NCBI GenBank assembly: GCA_035556075.1
Contig: DATMFQ010000041.1
Span: forward strand, 11,429-75,428
DNA from: Microbacteriaceae bacterium
GTDB taxonomy: Bacteria > Actinomycetota > Actinomycetes > Actinomycetales > Microbacteriaceae
Direction: 5' to 3'
Length of the DNA: 64,000 nucleotides
Below, piece after piece: positions 38,830 to 47,972 of the stretch. Position numbers and translations under genes: made by a program. A model generated the notes under the pieces. It ran no database searches. It saw only the letters and a list, made by a program, of their open reading frames with translations, and was not told the origin of the DNA. Every line of letters begins with the position of its first letter. The stretch's first letter is position 1.

Positions 38830-39863
38830 TGTACGGGTGGTTGTTTCGCGTCCTGCTCCGTCATCTTGACCCTGAGCAGGCCCACGGTCTGGCCCACACC
38901 GTCATTCGACTGCTCGGCACCCGACCCCTCGCCTGGGCGGTGCGTGCCTGGGCCCGACCGGCACCGGACGCCGGGGTCACGGCGATGGGCATCGACTTCC
39001 CATCACGGTTCGGGGTTGCGGCTGGCTTCGATAAGAATGCGCATGGCGCGCTCGGCTTGGGTGCGCTCGGCTTCGGGCATGTCGAGATCGGGACGGTGAC
39101 CGCGCTCGCGCAGCCGGGCAATCCGCGTCCGCGACTCTTCCGGCTCGTAACGGACCGGGCGCTCATCAACCGGATGGGCTTCAACAACGAGGGTGCGGTG
39201 ACGGTCGCCCGGACGCTTGCGCGGGTCCGGTCGCGCGCCGACCGCCCGGTCATCGGGGTGAATATCGGCAAGTCGCGGGCCGTCGAGGTCGAGGACGCGA
39301 CCGCCGACTACCTCGACTCGACGCGCCTGCTCGCCCCGCTCGCCGACTACCTCGTCGTCAACGTCTCCTCGCCAAACACCCCCGGCCTGCGTGGGCTCCA
39401 GGAGCTGGGTGCCTTGCGCCCGCTCCTGCGCGCCGTGCAGACCGAGGCGGGGGCGGTGCCGCTCCTGGTCAAGATCGCGCCCGACATGGACGACGAGCAG
39501 GTCACCGGGATCACCGCGCTCGCGCTCGAGCTGGGGCTCGCCGGGATCATTGCGACGAACACGACCATCAGCCGCACGGGACTCGCGACGGCCGCCGCGG
39601 AGGTCGACGCCTTGGGTGCCGGGGGACTGTCCGGCCGACCGCTCGCGGCCCGCGCGCTCGAGGTGCTGCGTGTCGTGCGCGCCGCGGCGCCGGACCCCGC
39701 ATTCACCGTCATCTCCGTCGGTGGCGTCGAGATCGCCGCCGACGTCACGGAGCGGCTCGCCGCGGGGGCGACGCTCGTGCAGGGCTACAGCGCATTCATC
39801 TACGAAGGCCCCGGCTGGGCCCGGCGCATCAACCGTCGCCTCGCGACGGAAACACAGGCTTGA
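38829..39863 (+). CDS. pyrD: Dihydroorotate dehydrogenase (quinone), class 2
   Basis: VNVSSPNTPGLR and IATNTT motifs with an N-terminal membrane-association helix. TGATG overlap with nrdR. Confidence 0.92.
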   Translation: MYGWLFRVLLRHLDPEQAHGLAHTVIRLLGTRPLAWAVRAWARPAPDAGVTAMGIDFPSRFGVAAGFDKNAHGALGLGALGFGHVEIGTVTALAQPGNPRPRLFRLVTDRALINRMGFNNEGAVTVARTLARVRSRADRPVIGVNIGKSRAVEVEDATADYLDSTRLLAPLADYLVVNVSSPNTPGLRGLQELGALRPLLRAVQTEAGAVPLLVKIAPDMDDEQVTGITALALELGLAGIIATNTTISRTGLATAAAEVDALGAGGLSGRPLAARALEVLRVVRAAAPDPAFTVISVGGVEIAADVTERLAAGATLVQGYSAFIYEGPGWARRINRRLATETQA

Positions 39864-39875
39864 TCAGGGAAAAGC

Positions 39876-39948
39876 TCCCCGGCTTGGACTCGAACCAAGA
39901 ACCTATCGGTTAACAGCCGATTGCTCTGCCAATTGAGCTACCGAGGAT
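39876..39948 (-). tRNA. tRNA-Asn (anticodon GTT)
   Basis: Hand-folded cloverleaf on the minus strand: TCCTCGG TA GCTC AATTGGCA GAGC A ATCGG CTGTTAA CCGAT AGGTT CTTGG TTCGAGT CCAAG CCGGGGA G. 73 nt; CCA is not encoded. Confidence 0.9.
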
Positions 39949-40142
39949 CACGCCGTAGCGGCCGAACGACTATACCAAAGAGATAACACTCCGCCGTCCG
40001 GGGTCATTTCCCAGTGATTTTTCGTGTGGGGGCGTGGTTCACTGTGTCGCACACGACGCCGTGCGACTTGACGCCTCCAGCGCTGGTCCGCGGCGTTTTG
40101 CATTCTCGCAGCCAACGGCTGCAGTCACAGAAAGCAGGAACC

Positions 40143-41789
40143 ATGGCAGCATTCAGCTCCAGGGCCCGGAAGGCCGGCCTCGCGTCGGCGGCGGGCATTG
40201 CGTTGCTCGGGATGACCCTCGCGGGTTGTGCCCCGGCGACCACCACGGACGGCGAGCAGCCGGCCGCGGATGGCGACGTCCTCCTCGTCGGCACGACCGA
40301 CAAGGTCGTCTCCCTTGACCCCGCCGGTGCTTACGACAACGGCTCGCTCGCGATCCAGGGACAGGTCTTCCCCTACCTCTTCAACACGCAGGTCGGCTCG
40401 GCCGAGGTCCAGCCGGACCTCGCGGTCTCGGCGGAGTTCATCTCCGACACCGAGTACGAGGTGAAGATCCGCGAGGGTGTCAAGTGGGCGAACGGCCACG
40501 ACCTCACCTCCTCCGACGTCGCCTTCACCTTCAACCGCATGCTGGCGATCCCGGAGGCGATGGAGGTCGGCCCGGCGTCGCTGCTCGGCACGCTCGAATC
40601 GGTCGAGGCGGTCGACGACACGACCGTCGTCTTCCACCTCACCGAGGGGCCGAACGCCGTCTTCCAGCAGGTGCTCACGTCCTTCCCGGGCGCAATCGTC
40701 GATGAAGAGGTCTTCTCAGCGGACGCGATCACGCCCGATGACGAGATCGTCGCGGCCAACGCCTTCGGCGGCCCGTACTCGATCACGAGCTACACCTTCA
40801 ACGAGGTCGTCGAGCTCACGCCGAACGAGAACTACGTCGGTCTTGTCACGCCCGCGCAGAACGCGGGGATCATCATGAACTACTACGCGGACGAGCAGAA
40901 CCTCCAGCTCGCGATCGAGCAGGGCGACGTCGACGTGGCGTTCCGCAGCCTCAGCGCGACCGCGGTCGAGGCGCTGCGGGCGAACCCGGACGTCAAGGTC
41001 ATTGACGGCCCCGGCGGTGAGATCCGCTACATGGTGTTCAACTTCGCGACGATGCCGTTCGGCACCGACCAGCCCGACGCCGACCCGGCGAAGGCCCTGG
41101 CTGTCCGACAGGCGATGGCGGACCTCATCGACCGCGACGTCCTCTCGGAGCAGGTCTACAAGGGCACCTACACCCCGCTGTACTCCTACGTGCCGGAAGG
41201 TTTCGTCGGCGCCATCGAGCCGCTCAAGGAGCTCTACGGCGACGGCAACGGTGGCCCCTCGGTCGAGAAGGCGACCGCGGCGCTCGAGGCTGCGGGCGTC
41301 GCGACGCCCGTCGCGATCAACCTGCAGTGGAGCCCGGACCACTACGGCGCCTCCTCGGCCGACGAGTACGCGCTCATCAAGGACCAGCTCGAGGCGTCGG
41401 GTCTGTTCACGGTGACGCTCGGCTCGACGGAGTGGACGCAGTACGCCCAGGACCGCGTGAACGATGTGTACAGCATCTTCCAGCTCGGCTGGTTCCCGGA
41501 CTACTCGGACGCGGACAACTACCTCACGCCGTTCTTCTCGATCGACAACTTCCTCGTGAACCACTACGAGAACGCCGAGGTCGACGCGCTCATCAAGCAG
41601 CAGGCCATCACGGTCGACCCTGCCGAGCGCACCGCGATCATCGAGCAGATCCAGGAGCTCGTCGCGGCTGACCTCTCGACCCTCCCGTACCTCCAGGGTG
41701 CGCAGGTCGCGGTCGTCGGCTCGACCGTCGAGGGCGCGGAGCTCGACGGCTCCTTCAAGTTCCGGTTCTCACCCCTCACGCTGGGCTGA
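40143..41789 (+). CDS. ABC transporter substrate-binding lipoprotein, family 5 (peptide/nickel type)
   Basis: Start trimmed to ATG giving MAAFSSRARKAGLASAAGIALLGMTLAGC (lipobox LAGC). Length and composition are typical of DppA/OppA-like binding proteins. Confidence 0.88.
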   Translation: MAAFSSRARKAGLASAAGIALLGMTLAGCAPATTTDGEQPAADGDVLLVGTTDKVVSLDPAGAYDNGSLAIQGQVFPYLFNTQVGSAEVQPDLAVSAEFISDTEYEVKIREGVKWANGHDLTSSDVAFTFNRMLAIPEAMEVGPASLLGTLESVEAVDDTTVVFHLTEGPNAVFQQVLTSFPGAIVDEEVFSADAITPDDEIVAANAFGGPYSITSYTFNEVVELTPNENYVGLVTPAQNAGIIMNYYADEQNLQLAIEQGDVDVAFRSLSATAVEALRANPDVKVIDGPGGEIRYMVFNFATMPFGTDQPDADPAKALAVRQAMADLIDRDVLSEQVYKGTYTPLYSYVPEGFVGAIEPLKELYGDGNGGPSVEKATAALEAAGVATPVAINLQWSPDHYGASSADEYALIKDQLEASGLFTVTLGSTEWTQYAQDRVNDVYSIFQLGWFPDYSDADNYLTPFFSIDNFLVNHYENAEVDALIKQQAITVDPAERTAIIEQIQELVAADLSTLPYLQGAQVAVVGSTVEGAELDGSFKFRFSPLTLG

Positions 41790-41810
41790 GTCACACCGGC
41801 ACCGACACCC

Positions 41811-41844
41811 GGGAGGGGGTCGCTCGTAGGAGCGGCCCCCTCCC
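41811..41844 (+). terminator. Strong intercistronic stem-loop between the binding-protein and permease genes
   Basis: 15-bp stem GGGAGGGGGTCGCTC / GAGCGGCCCCCTCCC (one G-U pair) with GTAG loop, followed by ATTT. Confidence 0.5.
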
Positions 41845-41887
41845 ATTTGGGCGCCACCAGGCGCCCCGGACGTGAGAGGATGACCGA

Positions 41888-42910
41888 ATGAGCGGCTTGT
41901 GGCGCTACGTGCTGGTGCGCTTCCTGCTCATCATCCCGACGGTCTTCATCCTCGTGACGATGGTCTTCATCTTCATGCGGGGCATCGGGGACCCGATCAC
42001 GGCGGCACTCGGTGGCCAGCTCACCCCGGCGCAACTCGCCGAGCGGGTGCACAGTGCTGGCTACGATCGGCCGGTCCTCGAGCAGTACATCGAGTACCTG
42101 GGGCAGGTGCTCCGCGGCGACTTCGGCCGGACGCTCACCGACAACCGCCCGGTCACCGAGGTGCTGCTGCACTATGGCACCGCGACGCTCGAGCTCGTCT
42201 GCTACTCGCTCATCGTCGCGTTCCTCGTCGGCATCCCGCTCGGCATCCTCGCGGCGAAGGTCCGCGACCGCTGGGGCGACGCGACGCTGCGCATCTTCGC
42301 GGTCCTCATGTACGCGACCCCCGTATTCTTCCTCGGCCTCGTGCTCAAGCTCATCTTCACGGTGTGGCTCGGGGTGCTTCCGGCTTCTGGCCGCGCCAAT
42401 CCGCGTACGGTCATCGCGCTCGACCGGCTCGACGGCTCCAGTGGGATCTACCTGATCGATGCGCTGCGCGTGGGCAATCCGGCCTACCTCCAGGACGTGC
42501 TGAGCCACGCGATCCTGCCCGCCGCCGCACTCGGTCTGCTGACCGCTGGCATTTTCCTCCGGCTCGTGCGGACGAACATGATCTCGACGCTGAGCACCGA
42601 CTACGTCGACGCCGCACGCTCACGCGGGGTCGGGGAGTACCGACTCACGACCGTGCATGCCTTCCGTCCCGCGCTCGTGCCCATCATCACGGTCATCGGC
42701 CTGCAGGTCGCGTTGCTGCTCGGCGGCGCGATCCTCACCGAGACGACCTTCGAGTGGAATGGGCTCGGCTCGCAGCTCACGCTCTACCTCGCGAAACGCG
42801 ACTTCGTCGCGGTCCAGGGCATCGTCGCACTCCTGGCGGTCATCGTCGCGGTCACGAACTTCATCGTCGACCTCGTCGCCGCGGCGATCGACCCGAGGGT
42901 GAGATACTGA
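41888..42910 (+). CDS. ABC transporter permease (DppB/OppB-like)
   Basis: 340 aa polytopic protein in the family-5 importer operon, with GAGAGGA upstream of the ATG. Confidence 0.88.
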   Translation: MSGLWRYVLVRFLLIIPTVFILVTMVFIFMRGIGDPITAALGGQLTPAQLAERVHSAGYDRPVLEQYIEYLGQVLRGDFGRTLTDNRPVTEVLLHYGTATLELVCYSLIVAFLVGIPLGILAAKVRDRWGDATLRIFAVLMYATPVFFLGLVLKLIFTVWLGVLPASGRANPRTVIALDRLDGSSGIYLIDALRVGNPAYLQDVLSHAILPAAALGLLTAGIFLRLVRTNMISTLSTDYVDAARSRGVGEYRLTTVHAFRPALVPIITVIGLQVALLLGGAILTETTFEWNGLGSQLTLYLAKRDFVAVQGIVALLAVIVAVTNFIVDLVAAAIDPRVRY

Positions 42911-43917
42911 TGCGCGGATTCCTCGGGCTCCTTCGCCGACTCCCGATCATCCGGGAGCTGCGCCAAGCCATCGGCTGGCAGCGCGGCATGCTCATCGCGG
43001 GGCTCGCGATGACCGGGATCGTCGTCGTGGTCGCGCTGTTCGCCCCACTCATCGCCCCCTACGGCTTCGCACAGCTGTCGGATGCCGACGGCAACTTCGG
43101 CTCCCAGGTGCCGCCGAACTCGAAGCATCTGCTCGGCACCACCGTCGGCGGGTTCGACGTGCTGTCGCGCGTGCTCTGGGGCGCCCAGACCGCGATCCTC
43201 GTCATCATCGTCGCGGTGCTGCTGTCGATCATCCTCGGCGTGCTGCTCGGGCTGGTCTCCGGCTACGTCGGCGGCTGGATGGACCGCATCCTCGTCGTCA
43301 TCGCGGACGCCATCTTCGCATTCCCGACCCTGCTGCTGGCGATCGTCGCCGCGATCATGATCTCCGGTGGGCAGTCGGGCCTGTGGTCCGGGCTCATGGC
43401 CGCCGGCATCTCGATCACCGTCATCTTCATCCCGCAGTACTTCCGCGTCATCCGCGCCGAGGTGGTCCGGATCAAGGGCGAGCCGTTTGTCGAGTCCGCA
43501 CGGGTCATCGGCGCCTCGCCGATCCGGGTCATGGCGGTCCACGTGCTGCGGAACTCCACGCGGACGCTCCCGGTCATTTTCACGCTGAATGCGGCGGAGG
43601 CGGTCCTGACGCTCGCTGCGCTCGGCTTCCTCGGCTTTGGTATCGAGCCGACCGCCGCCGCCGAGTGGGGCTACGACCTCAACCGGTCGCGCGCCGACGT
43701 GACGACCGGGATCTGGTGGACGAGCGTCTTCCCGGGCCTCGCCATCGTCATCACGGTGCTCGGGCTCACGCTCATCGGGGAGAGCATCAACGACCTCGCC
43801 GACCCGCGGCTGCGTGCCCGACGCCGGGCACGCGCGACGACGAGCTCGGCCGCGGCCGCTGACGGTGCGGCACCCGAGGTGCCACCGGCCTCGGCGACGA
43901 AGACGGGGGTGACCTGA
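42910..43917 (+). CDS. ABC transporter permease (DppC/OppC-like)
   Basis: Start trimmed from ORF 41899.. to the ATG overlapping the upstream stop (TGATG), giving MRGFLGLLRRLPIIRELRQ... Polytopic. Confidence 0.88.
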   Translation: MRGFLGLLRRLPIIRELRQAIGWQRGMLIAGLAMTGIVVVVALFAPLIAPYGFAQLSDADGNFGSQVPPNSKHLLGTTVGGFDVLSRVLWGAQTAILVIIVAVLLSIILGVLLGLVSGYVGGWMDRILVVIADAIFAFPTLLLAIVAAIMISGGQSGLWSGLMAAGISITVIFIPQYFRVIRAEVVRIKGEPFVESARVIGASPIRVMAVHVLRNSTRTLPVIFTLNAAEAVLTLAALGFLGFGIEPTAAAEWGYDLNRSRADVTTGIWWTSVFPGLAIVITVLGLTLIGESINDLADPRLRARRRARATTSSAAAADGAAPEVPPASATKTGVT

Positions 43918-45599
43918 TGCGCGAGCACCACGACCGTCCCGAGCGTCCCGATTCGTTCGCGGTCGAGATCGAGGACCTCCGGGTCGAGTTCGCGACCGAC
44001 GGCGGCGACGTCGTCGCGGTCGACCGGGTCTCGCTGCGGGTGCGCCCCGGTGAGATCCTCGCACTCGTCGGCGAGTCCGGCAGCGGCAAGTCCGTCACGG
44101 CACGCACCCTCCTCGGACTGCTCCCCGAGCACGCGCAGGCGAGCGGTTCGGTGCGGGTCGGCGGCGAGCAGGTCATCGGGGCCGACCGCGAGACGTTGCG
44201 GAAGGTCCGTGGCTCGAAGGCGGCCATGGTCTTCCAGGAGCCGTCGACGGCGCTCAACCCGGTCTTCACGGTGGGGTGGCAGATCGCGGAGGGGCTGCGT
44301 GTCCACTCGGGGCTCAGCCGCCGTGAGGCACGCGCCGAGGCGATCGAGATGCTCCGGAAGGTCGGTCTGCCGGAGCCCGAACGTCGTGTCGACTACTACC
44401 CGCACCAGCTCTCGGGCGGGCAGAAGCAGCGCGTCATCATCGCGGCCGCGCTCGTGCTCAACCCCGCGGTCATCGTCGCGGACGAGCCCACGACCGCCCT
44501 CGACGTGACCGTCCAGGCGGAGATCCTCGATCTGCTGCGCCGCTGCCGGGACGAGTTCGGGGCGGCGATCGTCATCATCACCCACAACATGGGGGTCGTC
44601 GCTGACCTCGCCGACACGGTGGCGGTCATGCATGATGGCGTCATCGTCGAGACGGCGCCGGTTGGGCAGCTCTTCGCGGCGCCGCAGCGTGAGTACACGC
44701 GCGAACTGCTTGCCGCGGTGCCGCGGATCGAGCTCGCAGCCGCCGGGTCGGTGCCAGCCGCGAGCACGGCCCCCATCGTCGCCGCGCGAGGTCTCGAGAT
44801 CGTCTTCCCGGGTGGCTTCGGCAAACCGGGGTTCCGGGCGGTCGACGGTGTCGACTTCGCCATCGCCCCCGGCGAGGTCGTCGGCCTCGTCGGGGAGTCC
44901 GGCTCGGGTAAGACGACGATCGGCCGGGCCATCGCGGGGCTGACCCGCGCGACGGGCGGCTCGCTTGAGGTGCTCGGCGTCGACGTCGTCGCCAAGGGAG
45001 GGCGGCGGCTCGGCCCGCATCGTCGGCGTTTCGGGTTCGTCTTCCAGGACCCCGCCGCGAGCTTCAATCCGCTCCGGACGATCGGCAAGGCGATGGCCGA
45101 GCCGATCTATGTGCACGGCACGGCCGCGGAGCGAGCTGGCGCAGACAAGCGGGTCCGGGAGATGCTCGAGGCGGTCCGGCTGCCAGCGGCGTTCGCCGAA
45201 CGGTTCCCGCACGAGCTCTCGGGGGGGCAGCGTCAGCGGGCCTCGCTCGCGCGTGCGCTCATGCTCGGCCCGGACCTGCTCATCGCGGACGAGCCGACGA
45301 GCGCGCTCGACGTGTCGGTGCAGGCCGCCGTGCTCGATCTCTTTGACGAGCTCCACGACGAATTCGGCTTCGCCTGCCTGTTCATCACCCACGACCTCGC
45401 CGTCGTGGATCGGGTCGCCGACCGGGTCATCGTCCTGCACCACGGTCAGGTCGTCGAGTCGGGCCCGACGGACACCGTCCTCGGTGCGCCGACACAGGAC
45501 TACACGAGGCGGCTCCTCGCCTCGCTGCCGGTGCCGGACCCCGTCGAGCAGGCGCAGCGACGGGAGGCCCTGGCCGCCGTCGGCCGGGTTGATGACTAG
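43917..45599 (+). CDS. Fused double ATP-binding subunit of the ABC importer (DppD/DppF-like)
   Basis: Two Walker A motifs (GESGSGKS, GESGSGKT) and two ABC signatures (LSGGQKQR, LSGGQRQR) in a single 560-aa ORF. Confidence 0.92.
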   Translation: MREHHDRPERPDSFAVEIEDLRVEFATDGGDVVAVDRVSLRVRPGEILALVGESGSGKSVTARTLLGLLPEHAQASGSVRVGGEQVIGADRETLRKVRGSKAAMVFQEPSTALNPVFTVGWQIAEGLRVHSGLSRREARAEAIEMLRKVGLPEPERRVDYYPHQLSGGQKQRVIIAAALVLNPAVIVADEPTTALDVTVQAEILDLLRRCRDEFGAAIVIITHNMGVVADLADTVAVMHDGVIVETAPVGQLFAAPQREYTRELLAAVPRIELAAAGSVPAASTAPIVAARGLEIVFPGGFGKPGFRAVDGVDFAIAPGEVVGLVGESGSGKTTIGRAIAGLTRATGGSLEVLGVDVVAKGGRRLGPHRRRFGFVFQDPAASFNPLRTIGKAMAEPIYVHGTAAERAGADKRVREMLEAVRLPAAFAERFPHELSGGQRQRASLARALMLGPDLLIADEPTSALDVSVQAAVLDLFDELHDEFGFACLFITHDLAVVDRVADRVIVLHHGQVVESGPTDTVLGAPTQDYTRRLLASLPVPDPVEQAQRREALAAVGRVDD

Positions 45600-45668
45600 C
45601 CCGGCGTCCGCCGCGACCCAGCTCCTCGGCCAACCGGGCTGACTCTTCGGCCCGCCGGGCTGCGCCGC

Positions 45669-46235
45669 TCAGCCCTCGAGGTCGTCGACGCCCGGCAGCC
45701 AGCTCAGCCCCGGCCGGCCCCAGCCCTCACGCTTGATCGCCTTGGTGGCAGCCTTGGCATGCGCGTGCTCGAGCCGATCCGCGTAGAGCACCCCCTCGAG
45801 GTGATCAAATTCGTGCTGGAAGATGCGGGCGAGCCAGCCGCTCGCCTCGATCTCGAAGTCCTTGCCATCGAGCCCAGTCGCTCGCAGCAGCACCTGGTCG
45901 GCACGCCGGAGCGGATAGCGCTCACCGGGGATGGAGAGGCAGCCCTCCGAGTCGTCATCCTCCTCAGCCGCGCCGATGCTGATCGGCGTGTGCCACAGCC
46001 TCGGATTGATCGCGACACCCTCGTGGAGCACACCACCGTCGTCCTCCCAGTGCCAGACGAAGATGCGGCTGGCCACGCCGACCTGCGGGGCGGCGAGCCC
46101 GACGCCGGGTGCGGCGTGCATCGTCGCGATCATGTCGGCGACGAGCTCACGGACCTCGTCGTCGATGACCTCGACGGGCGCCGCGGGAGCATGGAGGACA
46201 GGATCGCCGGTGATGACGATGGGCAGGACGGCCAT
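45669..46235 (-). CDS. def: Peptide deformylase (copy 2, 188 aa)
   Basis: Motifs GVGLAAPQVGV, EGCLSIPG and QHEFDHLEG are all intact. Confidence 0.9.
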   Translation of the reverse strand: MAVLPIVITGDPVLHAPAAPVEVIDDEVRELVADMIATMHAAPGVGLAAPQVGVASRIFVWHWEDDGGVLHEGVAINPRLWHTPISIGAAEEDDDSEGCLSIPGERYPLRRADQVLLRATGLDGKDFEIEASGWLARIFQHEFDHLEGVLYADRLEHAHAKAATKAIKREGWGRPGLSWLPGVDDLEG

Positions 46236-46276
46236 GCCTCCCAGCGTATGCGGGCCAGCGGCGCTAACGTGGACTG

Positions 46277-47272
46277 GTGGACCTGGCGGATGTCGCGAGT
46301 GAGCTGCTGCTTGAGTCGCAGAGCTACATCGGTATCCCCCTCGCGCTGCTCGGTGCCGTGTTCCTCAGCGTCGGGACGCAGTACCAGCACCGCGGTGTCG
46401 TCAAAGTCGAGCGCCTCGTCGGGGAGTCAGAGGCGGGACTCGGCGTCCGGCAGCTGTTCGCCCTGCTGCGGCGGCCGTCCTGGGTGCTCGGCACGATCAT
46501 GCTTGGCCTCGCGATCGCACTGCAGCTCGCCTCGCTCTGGTTCGCGCCGCTCATTGTCGTGCAGCCGCTCGGCGCGGTCGCCCTCGTCATCACCGCGATC
46601 CTCAACTCGAGGCTGTCGAAGGTGCCGCTGGACCGCCCGACGATCCGCGCGATCATCATCTGCGTCGTCGGGGTCGGCGCATTCGTGACCGTCGCCGCAT
46701 TCGTCGCCGTGCAGAAAGGCGTCAAGGAGTCCGAGCTGACGACCGTCGTCGTGCTGCTCGCGGGCGTGCTCGCGCTGTGGGGCGTCCTCTACGCCATCTT
46801 CCGCCGGAAGGCCGGACCCGTCTTCTACATCGTCGCCGCCGGCATGCTCTTCGGGTTCGTCGCGACACTCGCGAAGGTCGTCATCGGCCGGGTGCAGACC
46901 CTCATCAAAGTCATCGAGCGGAATGCGGTGACCGGAGACGTGTGGTCGTTCGGCGCCGCGGAGTGGCTGACGATCCTGTGCATCGTCGGCCTCATCGTCG
47001 CCTCGCTCATCGGCACCTACTTCGTGCAGACCGCACACGCGAATGGCCCGCCCGACCTCGTCGTCGCGGGGCTCACCGTCGTCGATCCGCTCGTCGCCGT
47101 GGCGATCGGCATCGTCGTGCTCGGCGAGGCCGCGGGTGCGCCGTGGTGGGCGATCGTCGCATTCATCATCACTGGCGGGGTCGCCGTCTTCGGCGTCTTC
47201 CAGCTCGCCAAGCACCACCCCCAGATGTCCGCGGAGTACCGCGAGACGGGGGAGCTGCGCCTCAAGCCCTGA
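46277..47272 (+). CDS. Polytopic membrane protein, DMT-superfamily/NIPA-like
   Basis: 331 aa with about 9 hydrophobic segments. The family assignment rests on general resemblance only. Confidence 0.5.
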   Translation: MDLADVASELLLESQSYIGIPLALLGAVFLSVGTQYQHRGVVKVERLVGESEAGLGVRQLFALLRRPSWVLGTIMLGLAIALQLASLWFAPLIVVQPLGAVALVITAILNSRLSKVPLDRPTIRAIIICVVGVGAFVTVAAFVAVQKGVKESELTTVVVLLAGVLALWGVLYAIFRRKAGPVFYIVAAGMLFGFVATLAKVVIGRVQTLIKVIERNAVTGDVWSFGAAEWLTILCIVGLIVASLIGTYFVQTAHANGPPDLVVAGLTVVDPLVAVAIGIVVLGEAAGAPWWAIVAFIITGGVAVFGVFQLAKHHPQMSAEYRETGELRLKP

Positions 47273-47347
47273 GCCGGGCGGACGCGCGTCGGCTGCGGTG
47301 CGATCAGGGCGCTAGCCTGAATGCGGTCCGCGACCCCGTCGCGGCCA

Positions 47348-47421
47348 GGGGCGGTAGCTCAGCCGGTTAGAGCAGCGGACTCATAATCCGTCGGTCACGG
47401 GTTCAAGTCCCGTCCGCCCTA
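47348..47421 (+). tRNA. tRNA with CAT anticodon (elongator Met, or Ile2 if lysidine-modified)
   Basis: Hand-folded: GGGGCGG TA GCTC AGCCGGTTA GAGC A GCGGA CTCATAA TCCGT CGGTC ACGGG TTCAAGT CCCGT CCGCCCT A. G1-U72 wobble, CCA not encoded. It lacks the C1-A72 mismatch expected of an initiator tRNA. Confidence 0.85.
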
Positions 47422-47447
47422 CTCCGCCAGGTGCCTAGGCTGGTGCG

Positions 47448-47972
47448 GTGACCGACGCCGCGCACCACCTCGACCGCCTCATCCGCACCATCCCGGACTT
47501 CCCGAGCCCGGGCATCCAGTTCAAGGACCTCACACCCGTGCTCGCCGACGGGGCGGCGCTCGCGAGTGTCGCAGACGCGCTCGTCGAGCCGTTCGCCGGC
47601 GCATTCGACATCATTGCGGGGGTCGAGGCCCGGGGCTTCGCGCTCGCCGCGGCGGCTGCGGCCCGGCACGGCAGCGGCGTGCTGCTTGTCAGGAAGGCGG
47701 GCAAGCTGCCCGGCGGCACGATCGCCGAGGAGTACGCGCTCGAGTACGGCACCGCGACGCTCGAGGTCCACCCGGATCAGGTGCCGGTCGGCAGCCGTGT
47801 GCTGCTCCTCGACGACGTGCTCGCGACCGGTGGCACGATCGGCGCGGCCGCGACACTCGCCGAGCGGGCCGGCTGGCATGTCGCCGGCATCGCGGTCGTA
47901 CTCGAGCTCAAGGCGCTCGGTGGCCGTGCGCGACTCGCGCCGCGTGAGATCACATCACTGTGCGTCGTCTAA
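47448..47972 (+). CDS. apt: Adenine phosphoribosyltransferase
   Basis: IRTIPDFPSPGIQFKDLTPVL and the PRPP-binding motif VLLLDDVLATGGT. Confidence 0.93.
   Translation: MTDAAHHLDRLIRTIPDFPSPGIQFKDLTPVLADGAALASVADALVEPFAGAFDIIAGVEARGFALAAAAAARHGSGVLLVRKAGKLPGGTIAEEYALEYGTATLEVHPDQVPVGSRVLLLDDVLATGGTIGAAATLAERAGWHVAGIAVVLELKALGGRARLAPREITSLCVV

Noticed and set aside
39876-47421. A 7.5-kb segment bracketed by tRNA-Asn and tRNA(CAT), considered as a possible genomic island.
   Set aside because: It has no integrase, no direct repeat of a tRNA 3' end and no compositional shift. Its cargo is ordinary housekeeping: a peptide-type ABC importer, def and a membrane protein.
47969-47972. Convergent gene pairs whose stop codons overlap: CTAA at 47969-47972 (apt/lipase) and CTAG at 55111-55114 (small protein/DUF4190).
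   Set aside because: These overlaps are real, but they are a routine consequence of genome compaction. They have no evident regulatory meaning beyond the absence of room for terminators.
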